From a virus, in IMG/VR virus record IMGVR_UViG_3300046532_001629, positions 5,779 through 69,778 of that record: DNA of 64,000 nt, one strand, 5' to 3'. The position numbers were made by a program, and so were the translations under genes. Numbering within the stretch: the first letter of the stretch is position 1; every line of letters begins with the position of its first letter. Under the pieces are notes generated by a model, which was not told the DNA's origin, did no database searches, and was given only the letters and a program-made list of their open reading frames with translations. Below, in pieces: positions 10,223 to 18,635 of this stretch.

Positions 10223-11536
10223 ATGTTTTTATCAGAAAACTTACAAGAAAAGTGGTCACCGATTCTAGAACACTCCGATCTTCCAAAGATCGAAGATAAC
10301 TACAAACGTGCTGTAACTGCTGTTATTCTTGAAAACCAAGAAAAGGCTCTTAATGAAGATAGAGTTAACCTTGGTGAGGCAGCACCTTTAAATGCTACTG
10401 GTAGTGCGATTTCTAACTGGGATCCGATTTTGATCTCATTAGTTCGTAGAGCTATGCCAAATCTCGTTGCTTACGACATTTGCGGTGTTCAACCAATGAC
10501 TGGGCCTACTGGTCTTATCTTTGCTATGAAAGCAAGATATAATGACTACATGACTCAATCTGCTATATTATCTAAAACAGAAGCTATGGGTGTCAACGAA
10601 GTTGATACTGAATTCTCATCAACTGCATCACCTGAAAGTGGTAAAGCTGGTGTTAATGTTCAAATCTCAGACCCTTTTGATACTTCAAGTCCTTCGTATG
10701 AAGATACGACTGGTACTGGTATGACTACAGCTCAGGCTGAAGCATTAGGTGATGCAACTGCAAACGGTTTTGCTTCAATGGCATTCTCTATCGAGAAAGC
10801 TACTGTTACTGCAAAGTCAAGAGCATTGAAAGCAGAATACACACTAGAATTAGCACAAGACCTTAAAGCAATCCACGGTCTTGATGCGGAATCAGAACTT
10901 GCAAATATTCTTTCATCAGAAATTCTTGCGGAAATCAACAGAGAAGTTGTTAGAACAGTAAACTCACAAGCCAAACTCGGTGCAGCCGATACAGCTAGTG
11001 CAGGTACTTTCAACCTTGACGTAGATGCAAACGGAAGATGGTCTGTTGAGAAATTTAAAGGTCTATTGTTCCAAATCGAAAGAGAGTCTAACAAAATTGC
11101 TAAAGAAACAAGAAGAGGAAAAGGTAACTTTATTATCTGTTCATCTGATGTTGCTTCTGCACTTTCAATGGCTGGTGTATTAGATTACGCTCCTGCTCTT
11201 TCTACTAACCTTAACGTTGACGATACTGGTAATACTTTTGCTGGTCTTCTAAACGGACGTGTTAAAGTTTATATCGACCCATATGCTGGTGTTGATTACT
11301 TGACAGTTGGTTACAGAGGTTCAAACCCTTATGATGCTGGCTTATTCTACTGCCCATACGTTCCATTACAAATGGTTCGTGCAGTTGGTGAGAACACATT
11401 CCAACCAAAAATCGGTTTCAAAACTAGATATGGTATGGTAACAAATCCATTCGTAGGTGCTACACCTTCTGACGGACTTGCTACTGCTGGAACTAACCAG
11501 TATTACAGAAAATTTGCAGTGTCAAACATTCTGTAA
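10223..11536 (+). CDS. gp23: Major capsid protein
   Basis: LVRRAMPNLVAYDICGVQPMTGPTGLIFAM, KSRALKAEYT and FQPKIGFKTRYG. Confidence 0.98.
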   Translation: MFLSENLQEKWSPILEHSDLPKIEDNYKRAVTAVILENQEKALNEDRVNLGEAAPLNATGSAISNWDPILISLVRRAMPNLVAYDICGVQPMTGPTGLIFAMKARYNDYMTQSAILSKTEAMGVNEVDTEFSSTASPESGKAGVNVQISDPFDTSSPSYEDTTGTGMTTAQAEALGDATANGFASMAFSIEKATVTAKSRALKAEYTLELAQDLKAIHGLDAESELANILSSEILAEINREVVRTVNSQAKLGAADTASAGTFNLDVDANGRWSVEKFKGLLFQIERESNKIAKETRRGKGNFIICSSDVASALSMAGVLDYAPALSTNLNVDDTGNTFAGLLNGRVKVYIDPYAGVDYLTVGYRGSNPYDAGLFYCPYVPLQMVRAVGENTFQPKIGFKTRYGMVTNPFVGATPSDGLATAGTNQYYRKFAVSNIL

Positions 11537-11569
11537 GGTTATTCTTAACCTCATTACTTCGGTAATACT

Positions 11570-11599
11570 AAAAAGGACTCTTTCGAGTCCTTTTTTTTT
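11570..11599. terminator. Bidirectional intrinsic terminator after gp23
   Basis: AAAAAGGACTC-TTTC-GAGTCCTTTTTTTTT between convergent genes. Confidence 0.9.
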
Positions 11600-11624
11600 G
11601 GCTTTGCAGTGGCACGTTGCAGTA

Positions 11625-12071
11625 TCAGAAGTCACCCTCTGCAACTTGAACAACAGTGATACCTCTTGCCTTCCACATTGCAACAACTTTGTTTCTGTCA
11701 TCGTATACAAGGTCAATCTTACCACCAAACTCTTCGAATTTATCTGCAAGGTCGGACTTGAACACTTCATCGGGTCTGAAGTCACCTTCGGGTCTAAGGA
11801 ACAATCCTTGATGACCCTTACCAATCCACTCATCAATCTGAGCTTCAGTAAGACTTCTTTGTGACTCGTTTCTTGCAGAGAAGAATGCAACATCATGTCC
11901 GTCTTCAATGTGTTTCTTTGCAAGGTCACACACCCATTGTACAGGAGTGTCAAATCTAGTCTGTTCTTTGAATGATTTCCAGTCGGTAGGTTGTTGGGTA
12001 ACATGATGTCTCCTATGCTCTACATCAGCAATAGTACCATCAACATCAAAAATTATAGTTTGTTTTTTCAT
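11625..12071 (-). CDS. HAD-family 3'-phosphatase (stand-alone PseT/PNK phosphatase domain)
   Basis: FDVDGTIAD, FFSAR, RPDEVFK and YDDR motifs, ending VVQVAEGDF. Confidence 0.85.
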   Translation of the reverse strand: MKKQTIIFDVDGTIADVEHRRHHVTQQPTDWKSFKEQTRFDTPVQWVCDLAKKHIEDGHDVAFFSARNESQRSLTEAQIDEWIGKGHQGLFLRPEGDFRPDEVFKSDLADKFEEFGGKIDLVYDDRNKVVAMWKARGITVVQVAEGDF

Positions 12072-12163
12072 GAAACACCACTAGTTATAAGTGCAAATAG
12101 AAACAATGACAATCCTTGTAGAAAGTCCTTATCCAATAGTCCAAGTTTTTTTATTTTTTTCAT
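12068..12163 (-). CDS. 31-aa basic/hydrophobic peptide MKKIKKLGLLDKDFLQGLSLFLFALITSGVS
   Basis: GAGGA SD, early promoter just upstream, ATGA overlap with the phosphatase start. Confidence 0.6.
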   Translation of the reverse strand: MKKIKKLGLLDKDFLQGLSLFLFALITSGVS

Positions 12164-12187
12164 ACCTGATTTCCTCATTATATACAT

Positions 12188-12217
12188 AGTATACCAAAAA
12201 ATGAGGGTCATTGTCAA
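12188..12217 (-). promoter_or_regulatory. Early sigma70 promoter (repeat family, copy 1)
   Basis: TTGACA-ATGACCCTCATTTTTTGG-TATACT on the minus strand. Confidence 0.85.
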
Positions 12218-12279
12218 GTCTTTTTTGTTTGTCTAAATACTAGTGTAAGAATAATCTTACATACACACAGGAGACTATT

Positions 12280-12492
12280 ATGTCCACAAAATCAGGGTTC
12301 GAAATCCGAGCCGATCTACTATCCCAAGCACAAGGAATTCTTACTGATAATTATCAGAGAGAAGTCGATGCTGTTTATCTACACAATGATAACAATCCCA
12401 ATGAGAAGAAACCCTTACCATTGAGAGAGATTATGGGAGATGAAATCATTCTAGTTGCAAGACAACTAAATGAGTTTGTTACTGAAAAGTAA
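12280..12492 (+). CDS. Hypothetical protein
   Basis: SD AGGAG, CTAAATA upstream, terminator downstream. Confidence 0.75.
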   Translation: MSTKSGFEIRADLLSQAQGILTDNYQREVDAVYLHNDNNPNEKKPLPLREIMGDEIILVARQLNEFVTEK

Positions 12493-12497
12493 CGATT

Positions 12498-12521
12498 TGG
12501 GGGGAAACCCCCATTTTATTT
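12498..12521 (+). terminator. Intrinsic terminator
   Basis: TGGGGG-GAAA-CCCCCA followed by TTTTATTT. Confidence 0.75.
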
Positions 12522-12549
12522 ACCTAAATATAGGTATACGGAGAATATT

Positions 12550-12768
12550 ATGAGTGAATACAAAAAAACAGTGAAGGTTCTAGAGGGGCCATGGGAAGCA
12601 GAAACGTTTCCACAAGGTGAGGAGACAACGGATGTTATCTCTAGGAAGACCGTAACGACATATATCCAAGATGGATATCTATGTGAGAACACAGTAACGA
12701 GAGAGTATAGAGATAACGATTACTTCGATACCTCTTCTACTAAAAGGATAACAAGAATACATGGCTAG
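12550..12768 (+). CDS. Hypothetical protein
   Basis: SD GGAG, CTAAATA upstream, overlaps gp3 start. Confidence 0.7.
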   Translation: MSEYKKTVKVLEGPWEAETFPQGEETTDVISRKTVTTYIQDGYLCENTVTREYRDNDYFDTSSTKRITRIHG

Positions 12769-13294
12769 CATTAACAAATCAACTCTCAATAAGAATAATT
12801 TTAAACTTATTATTGATAAACTTCCAACAGTCGAGTACTTTGTACAGTCGGTAAACATTCCTGGCCTGTCCTTTACAGAAGTGGAGTTTGGTGCTGGTGT
12901 TGGTCTTGATGCATTTTTCCCAGGCGACAAAGTAACCTTCGATAACCTTGAAGTGACATTCCTAGTCGATGAAGACTTAGAGAACTTCAAAGAAGTCTAT
13001 GATTGGATTGGTGCAATTGTTCCTATACACGACTCAGGTGACTTTAGTAAGTGGACTGATTCTAAATCAACTAGAGGTGTCCTTGCCTCAATAGACAATG
13101 ACCTTAACCAGTACAGTCAGATTACACTAGTAACAAACACTAACAAAAATATACCCAACAAATACTTCAGGTTCTATGACTGTTTCCCAACTGCACTTAG
13201 TGGCATGGAACTCAAGTCAGGTGAGTCAGGGGAGGCAGTCACATGTACTGTAACCTTTAGATTCACATACTACGACATAGAATCCACTAGTTAA
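12761..13294 (+). CDS. gp3: Tail tube terminator / tail completion protein (gp3-like)
   Basis: VEYFVQSVNIPG, PGDKVTFDNLEVTFLVDEDLENFKEVYDWI and FYDCFPTALS; precedes uvsY. Confidence 0.85.
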   Translation: MASINKSTLNKNNFKLIIDKLPTVEYFVQSVNIPGLSFTEVEFGAGVGLDAFFPGDKVTFDNLEVTFLVDEDLENFKEVYDWIGAIVPIHDSGDFSKWTDSKSTRGVLASIDNDLNQYSQITLVTNTNKNIPNKYFRFYDCFPTALSGMELKSGESGEAVTCTVTFRFTYYDIESTS

Positions 13295-13322
13295 AAACCC
13301 CTTTTCGTGATATAATTATAGT

Positions 13323-13766
13323 ATGAACTTAGATGAATTGAAAATTGAGTGGACGAAAGATTGTGAGATAGACGATATCGAATTAGATACTGCATCTCTA
13401 GAAGTCCCTAAACTCCACGCAAAATACCAAGATTTACTTACCAGTAAACTAATCCTTGCAAAAACTTACGAATATAAGTATAACCTATTGTTGAAAGATA
13501 AGTGGTTGTGGTACAACGGTAAGATGGACTCAGATAGGATTAATGAACTAGGTTGGCCACACGACCCATTAGATGGTGTGTCTGTTATGAAAGCAGATAT
13601 GCACTACTTCTATAATGCAGACCCCGATCTAGCACAACTAAAAGCACGACAAGAACTATTGAAAATAACTATAGATTTTCTTAAAGAATGTATGCAAAAC
13701 ATTACTTGGAGACACCAAACGATTAAGAACACAATCGATTGGAGAAAGTTCATGGCTGGGAGTTAA
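13323..13766 (+). CDS. uvsY: Recombination mediator UvsY
   Basis: SLEVPKLHAKY and IKNTIDWRKFMAG; gp3-uvsY-uvsW synteny. Confidence 0.9.
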   Translation: MNLDELKIEWTKDCEIDDIELDTASLEVPKLHAKYQDLLTSKLILAKTYEYKYNLLLKDKWLWYNGKMDSDRINELGWPHDPLDGVSVMKADMHYFYNADPDLAQLKARQELLKITIDFLKECMQNITWRHQTIKNTIDWRKFMAGS

Positions 13767-13768
13767 TT

Positions 13769-14452
13769 ATGATATTAGAAAATTATATTTGGACTGCACC
13801 TTCATTCTTCACAAAGGAAGAGGTTGCTCAAATCCATGTTGCATCTGAAAAGTTGCCGTTGAAAAATTCAATGATTGGACAGACCAATCGTACCCAAGAC
13901 TCTGAAGAGTCGTCTTCAGAGGGTAAGACAGACCATTCTATTAGACAGGGTGGTAACAAGTGGTTCATCAATGAAGAAAATCATATGCCGGCACACCTCA
14001 ATGAGAAGATGGCAGCTGCACTTAATCAGGCAAACATGGATTCACGATGGAATCACACCATTGAGTATCAAGAAAATCCTCAGTACACTATTTACAATGC
14101 ACCCAAAGAAAAAAAAGGTGGTGACTTCTATACATGGCATACAGATGCCGGGCCGATACACTACGATAATGGAATGCACAGAAAGTTATCAATGACTATT
14201 CAGTTATCAGAGCCAGATGATTATGAGGGTGGACACTTTCAGTGGTTAGAACCTCATAGACAATTTGATCGTCTAAAGCAAACAGACAACACAATCAATA
14301 TTGAAAACAGTATTCAAACAGTCCCATTCTCTGCCAGAGAGATAGGAAGTGTCATTGTATTTCCATCATTCTTATATCACCAAGTAACACCTGTACTATC
14401 AGGCTGTAGAAAATCCTTGGTAGTTTGGTATGTTGGAAAACCCTATGTCTAA
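13769..14452 (+). CDS. 2OG-Fe(II) oxygenase (prolyl-hydroxylase-like)
   Basis: YTWHTD, RKLSMTIQLS, YEGG, FPSFLYHQVTPV and RKSLVVW. Confidence 0.9.
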   Translation: MILENYIWTAPSFFTKEEVAQIHVASEKLPLKNSMIGQTNRTQDSEESSSEGKTDHSIRQGGNKWFINEENHMPAHLNEKMAAALNQANMDSRWNHTIEYQENPQYTIYNAPKEKKGGDFYTWHTDAGPIHYDNGMHRKLSMTIQLSEPDDYEGGHFQWLEPHRQFDRLKQTDNTINIENSIQTVPFSAREIGSVIVFPSFLYHQVTPVLSGCRKSLVVWYVGKPYV

Positions 14453-15878
14453 ACCCATCGTCACAGTAACCAAGCTTGATGAAGTCTTCATGCAAGTTAA
14501 TTGTCCCGATGACGGACTGGCAAAAGACCTGTTCGATTTCTTTTCATACATGGTTCCTAATCACAAATTCATGCCATCATTCCGTTCAGGGTTTTGGGAT
14601 GGTAAAGTAAGACTATTTTCAATCAAGACAAGAAAAATTTATATCGGTCTACTCCCATATGTTGATGAGTTCTGTAGAGAACGAGGATACGACTTTCGGG
14701 GGGTGCATGATGTAATAGGTGAGAAGATTAGAAACTTGCCTGAAGTAGAAAAGGAGTTCAAACAACAACTAAAGTCGTGGGACATTCCAATGGTTCCTAG
14801 AGACTACCAATTAGAGGCATTCAAAAGTGCAATCGGATATGGACGGCAATTACTATTATCTCCAACAGCAAGTGGAAAGTCACTTATCATTTATATGTTG
14901 GTACGATGGTTTAATACTAAAACTGTCATCATTGTTCCTACTACATCACTTGTAGAACAGATGACAAAAGATTTTCAGGAGTACGGTTACAAAGACCCGA
15001 TCTGTAAAATCTATTCTAAACAACCAGTCTTCGATGCAGACATTACCATTACAACATGGCAGTCATTTGCAAAAGCCCCCAAAGAAGTACTTCAATCATT
15101 TGGAATGGTTGTAGGAGACGAGGCACATTTATTTAAAGCAGATGTACTGAAGGGTATCCTAGAGAAGATGAAGGACACTGCAATACGAATTGGTACGACA
15201 GGTACACTGGACGGAAGTGAAGTCCACAGACTACAACTGGAAGGTTTGTTTGGCCCAGTGAAGAAAGTCATAACTACAAAAGAATTGATGGATGAGGGAA
15301 CGATTGCAAATCTTTCTATAGATTGTGTCATACTACGTCATACTAAACAGAAGAAAACTACCTATGTGGATGAGATGGATTATCTCGTATCTCACGAAGG
15401 TAGAAATGACTTTATATGCAACCTCGTGTACAGTCTTAAAGGAAACACCTTGGTGTTATTCCAGTACGTAGAGAAACACGGTGCTGTCCTACACAACAAA
15501 ATGATGAAACGATTGGATGATCAGTTACACTATGTGTACGGTGGAACAGATGTGAAAGACCGAGAAGAGGTGAGAGTCCTTGTTGAGAAAGCAAACGATA
15601 ATGTTATACTTGCATCATATGGAACCTTCTCTACAGGTGTAAACATTAAGAAGATAGATAATGTAGTCTTTGCATCCCCATCTAAATCACGAATTAGGAA
15701 CTTACAATCAATTGGTAGGGGTCTAAGAAAGGCTGAGGGAAAGACCACCATGAGATTGTTTGATATTGCAGATGACCTACAATGTAACAATTATACCCTG
15801 AAGCACCTTAAAGAACGTATAAATATATACAACGAAGAAGGATTTTCATATGAGATTAAACAGTTCAATTTAAAATGA
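14445..15878 (+). CDS. uvsW: SF2 helicase UvsW
   Basis: PRDYQ, SPTASGKS, GDEAH, TTGTL and QSIGRGLR. Confidence 0.95.
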   Translation: MSKPIVTVTKLDEVFMQVNCPDDGLAKDLFDFFSYMVPNHKFMPSFRSGFWDGKVRLFSIKTRKIYIGLLPYVDEFCRERGYDFRGVHDVIGEKIRNLPEVEKEFKQQLKSWDIPMVPRDYQLEAFKSAIGYGRQLLLSPTASGKSLIIYMLVRWFNTKTVIIVPTTSLVEQMTKDFQEYGYKDPICKIYSKQPVFDADITITTWQSFAKAPKEVLQSFGMVVGDEAHLFKADVLKGILEKMKDTAIRIGTTGTLDGSEVHRLQLEGLFGPVKKVITTKELMDEGTIANLSIDCVILRHTKQKKTTYVDEMDYLVSHEGRNDFICNLVYSLKGNTLVLFQYVEKHGAVLHNKMMKRLDDQLHYVYGGTDVKDREEVRVLVEKANDNVILASYGTFSTGVNIKKIDNVVFASPSKSRIRNLQSIGRGLRKAEGKTTMRLFDIADDLQCNNYTLKHLKERINIYNEEGFSYEIKQFNLK

Positions 15879-16042
15879 AACATTTAAACGATATACATAT
15901 GGGGTACTTCAAACATCTTGCTCATGCATGGAGAATGGCATTCATTCTTATTGTTCATGGGTTCTTTCCATGGGTATGGGAAACAAAGGTGAGTGATGAA
16001 ATTATGTCATACCACAATGAGGAGGCCGAGAATGAAATATGA
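15875..16042 (+). CDS. 55-aa small protein (DUF6356-like), absent from ORF track
   Basis: MKHLNDIHMGYFKHLAHAWRMAFILIVHGFFPWVWET...; ATGA overlap with uvsW stop. Confidence 0.65.
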   Translation: MKHLNDIHMGYFKHLAHAWRMAFILIVHGFFPWVWETKVSDEIMSYHNEEAENEI

Positions 16043-16472
16043 AGTTGTAAAACTTAGGACTGGTTCTGAAATCTGTGGAATGATAAAGGACATGGATGAG
16101 TGGATTGAAATCACACTCCCAATGATATGTCAATTGACTAAGATGGGAGCTATGGAAACTCTTGCTACGTTCATACCATACGCACCTTTAAGTAAAGATT
16201 CTATTATCACCATTGCAAGAGATGATGTGATGCATAGAAGTAACTTGAATGAACAGTTCATACCGTTTTACGATGAAGCATCTTCTAGATGGTTAACCAT
16301 GGTAGAGTCTGAAACAATTCCATTAACTAACAAGATGCCTACTAAGGAGATGGTATCACGAACAGTTGGTGCCATGTTAGAGAATATGACAGACGAAGAG
16401 TTGGATGCTTTTGAAGATGAAGAATTGATGGATGACCTTACTCCACCTATGGATAAAGCATTATTGCATTGA
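16032..16472 (+). CDS. Conserved hypothetical protein (Sm-like N-terminus, acidic tail)
   Basis: MKYEVVKLRTGSEICG; SD GAGGAGG upstream of 16032. Confidence 0.7.
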   Translation: MKYEVVKLRTGSEICGMIKDMDEWIEITLPMICQLTKMGAMETLATFIPYAPLSKDSIITIARDDVMHRSNLNEQFIPFYDEASSRWLTMVESETIPLTNKMPTKEMVSRTVGAMLENMTDEELDAFEDEELMDDLTPPMDKALLH

Positions 16473-16552
16473 TCAAATGATGCACTTTTTGTTTGTCTAA
16501 ATATCCGTGTATAATTAAATATACAAATAACTTATATAACTAAAGGAAAACC

Positions 16553-16720
16553 ATGTCCACAGCAATTATGATTGCGAAGAGCATGGTACGAAAAGCTAGA
16601 GAAGTTTCAGATAACAGATTCGTCTGTAAGATTTGTGACACTATCGAATTTCTAGTGCTGTTGACTCTTCCGTTTGCCCTCCCATTTCTTGTGATGATCA
16701 CAACAATCAAGGGATATTAA
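16553..16720 (+). CDS. 55-aa small membrane protein, absent from ORF track
   Basis: SD AAGGA; MSTAIMIAKSMVRKAREV...CKICDTIEFLVLLTLPFALPFLVMITT; CTAAATA and TATAAT upstream. Confidence 0.7.
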   Translation: MSTAIMIAKSMVRKAREVSDNRFVCKICDTIEFLVLLTLPFALPFLVMITTIKGY

Positions 16721-16849
16721 AACAACACCCAAAACCCAGTGCAGAGGTAATTCTTTGCACTAATTTTGCAACCCTAAATAAATGTATGAAGAAGAATAAG
16801 GTGACACGTCCTGTATCCCTTATTAGTATATTCCCCTTGGGACATATTA

Positions 16850-16877
16850 ATTTTAACACAGATTTCTGAGGAGTCAA
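16850..16877 (-). promoter_or_regulatory. Antisense sigma70-like promoter divergent from gp55
   Basis: TTGACT-16 nt-TAAAAT with TG extension on the minus strand. Confidence 0.55.
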
Positions 16878-16933
16878 GTGGGTTTCTCAAAATACTTCAA
16901 ATTAATTAAATTCAATAATCACTAAAAACCCCC

Positions 16934-16961
16934 TTGTCAATACCCGATTTATCCGTATAAT
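16934..16961 (+). promoter_or_regulatory. Promoter for gp55
   Basis: AAAAACCCCC-TTGTCA-16 nt-TATAAT, 6 nt before the ATG. Confidence 0.75.
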
Positions 16962-16967
16962 AGAGGT

Positions 16968-17561
16968 ATGACTACTAAAAAAGCAATCAAGAAAGACCCA
17001 AAGAAAGCAGTCCATTACGTATCCAACAAAGATTTCACAATTGCTGTTGCAGAATATGTTGTACTCCTTAAAGCTTCAAAAGAAAACGAAACCGAGAAAC
17101 CTCGTATGTCAGAGTATATCGGTGAGTGTATCTATAAGATTTCTACTCGACTATCGACTAGACCTAACTTTATAAACTACACATATAGAGACGAGATGAT
17201 TTGTGATGCAATCGAAAACTGCATACAATACATCGGGAATTTCAATACAGAAAAGTCTAACAATGCATTCGCATATGTTACTCAGATTTGTTACTATGCT
17301 TTCCTACGAAGAATACAAAAGGAAAAGAAACAAGTCTACATTAAACAGAAATCAACCATGGAATCAAGTATCACTATGGATTCGTTTTCTACTATAGATG
17401 GTCAACATGACCCCATGCTCACGAATACAAATGTCGAATGGTTACAGGAACACATGAATCACGTAGAGTATGCACCCCGAAAATCAAAAAGAGCAGCAAG
17501 CAAAAAGAACAATTTGGAAACAAACTTCTCTGAAGAAGAACCGAATCCAATAGAGGACTAA
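16968..17561 (+). CDS. gp55: Late-transcription sigma factor
   Basis: HYVSNKDF, YIGECIYKI, PNFINYTYRDEMICDAIENC and FAYVTQICYYAFLRRIQKEKKQ. Confidence 0.96.
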   Translation: MTTKKAIKKDPKKAVHYVSNKDFTIAVAEYVVLLKASKENETEKPRMSEYIGECIYKISTRLSTRPNFINYTYRDEMICDAIENCIQYIGNFNTEKSNNAFAYVTQICYYAFLRRIQKEKKQVYIKQKSTMESSITMDSFSTIDGQHDPMLTNTNVEWLQEHMNHVEYAPRKSKRAASKKNNLETNFSEEEPNPIED

Positions 17562-17564
17562 ATT

Positions 17565-18635
17565 ATTAAGATCGCTATATTAAATGACACCCACGCAGGT
17601 GTTAGGTCGGATATGATAGAAATGGCAAAGTATCAAGGTCGTTTCTACGAGGAAGTTTTCTTCCCATATCTAGATGAACATGATATCAAACAAGTTATCC
17701 ACTTGGGAGATTACTTTGACAGACGGAAGTATATCAACTTCTCCAGTCTTGCAGAGAATAGGAAGCACTTTATTGACCCTTTGGTCAAGAGAGGAATTCA
17801 CATGGATTTGATCTTGGGTAATCATGACACCTATTATAAGAACACCAACGATGTAAACTCCCCCGAACTGCTACTGTTCAATGAGAGTAACATCAATGTG
17901 ATACAAGAACCTCAAATTAAAGAGTACGATGGATTTAAACTTGCACTAGTACCGTGGATTAATCCCGAGAACTATGCAGACTCAGTTGAGTTCTTATTGA
18001 ACGCACCCAGTACACATTGTTTCGGACACTTTGAGATCGAAGGTGCATTGATGCAGCCTGGATTTAATTGTCCACATGGACTAGATCACACATACCTAAA
18101 AAGATTTGAACAAGTGTTGAGTGGACACTTCCACCATAAATCTGAAGTGGGCAATGTTAGATACCTAGGTTCTCAAATGCAATTCACTTGGTCAGACTAT
18201 AATGACAACAAGTACTTCCACATCTTTGATACGGAGACTTTGGAGATACTACCTGTTCATAATCCGATCACGATGTTCGAGAAAGTCTTCTATGACGACA
18301 CTAAGTTCGAAAAATTCGAAGACATTAATGATATGGATTTCTCAAATGTTGCAGGAAAGTTTGTAAAGCTTATCGTTATTAATAAGGACAATCCATATTG
18401 GTTCGACACATTCCTTGATAAAGTACACGCACAAAATCCGTTACACTTACAAGTAGTTGATGACAACAAACACATGGACTTCTTTGGTGACGATGATATG
18501 GAAGACATTGAAGACACTCTTACTATACTAGGAAAATATGTTGACGGACTAGAGATACAAGGGAAGAAAAAACCCCTTAACGAATTGATGACTTCATTGT
18601 ATAATGAAGCTTTAGATCAGCACAACTACTTATGA
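17565..18635 (+). CDS. gp47: Recombination endonuclease subunit (Mre11/SbcD-like); probable ATT start
   Basis: KIAILNDTHAG (motif I) lies upstream of the first ATG at 17613; HLGDYFD, GNHD and SGHFH motifs. Confidence 0.93.
   Translation: MKIAILNDTHAGVRSDMIEMAKYQGRFYEEVFFPYLDEHDIKQVIHLGDYFDRRKYINFSSLAENRKHFIDPLVKRGIHMDLILGNHDTYYKNTNDVNSPELLLFNESNINVIQEPQIKEYDGFKLALVPWINPENYADSVEFLLNAPSTHCFGHFEIEGALMQPGFNCPHGLDHTYLKRFEQVLSGHFHHKSEVGNVRYLGSQMQFTWSDYNDNKYFHIFDTETLEILPVHNPITMFEKVFYDDTKFEKFEDINDMDFSNVAGKFVKLIVINKDNPYWFDTFLDKVHAQNPLHLQVVDDNKHMDFFGDDDMEDIEDTLTILGKYVDGLEIQGKKKPLNELMTSLYNEALDQHNYL

Noticed and set aside
17559-17561. Stop-codon reassignment explaining the in-frame gp55/gp47 junction
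   Set aside because: TAA, TAG and TGA all end conserved genes at expected positions (e.g. gp23 TAA, gp16 TAG, gp45 TGA)
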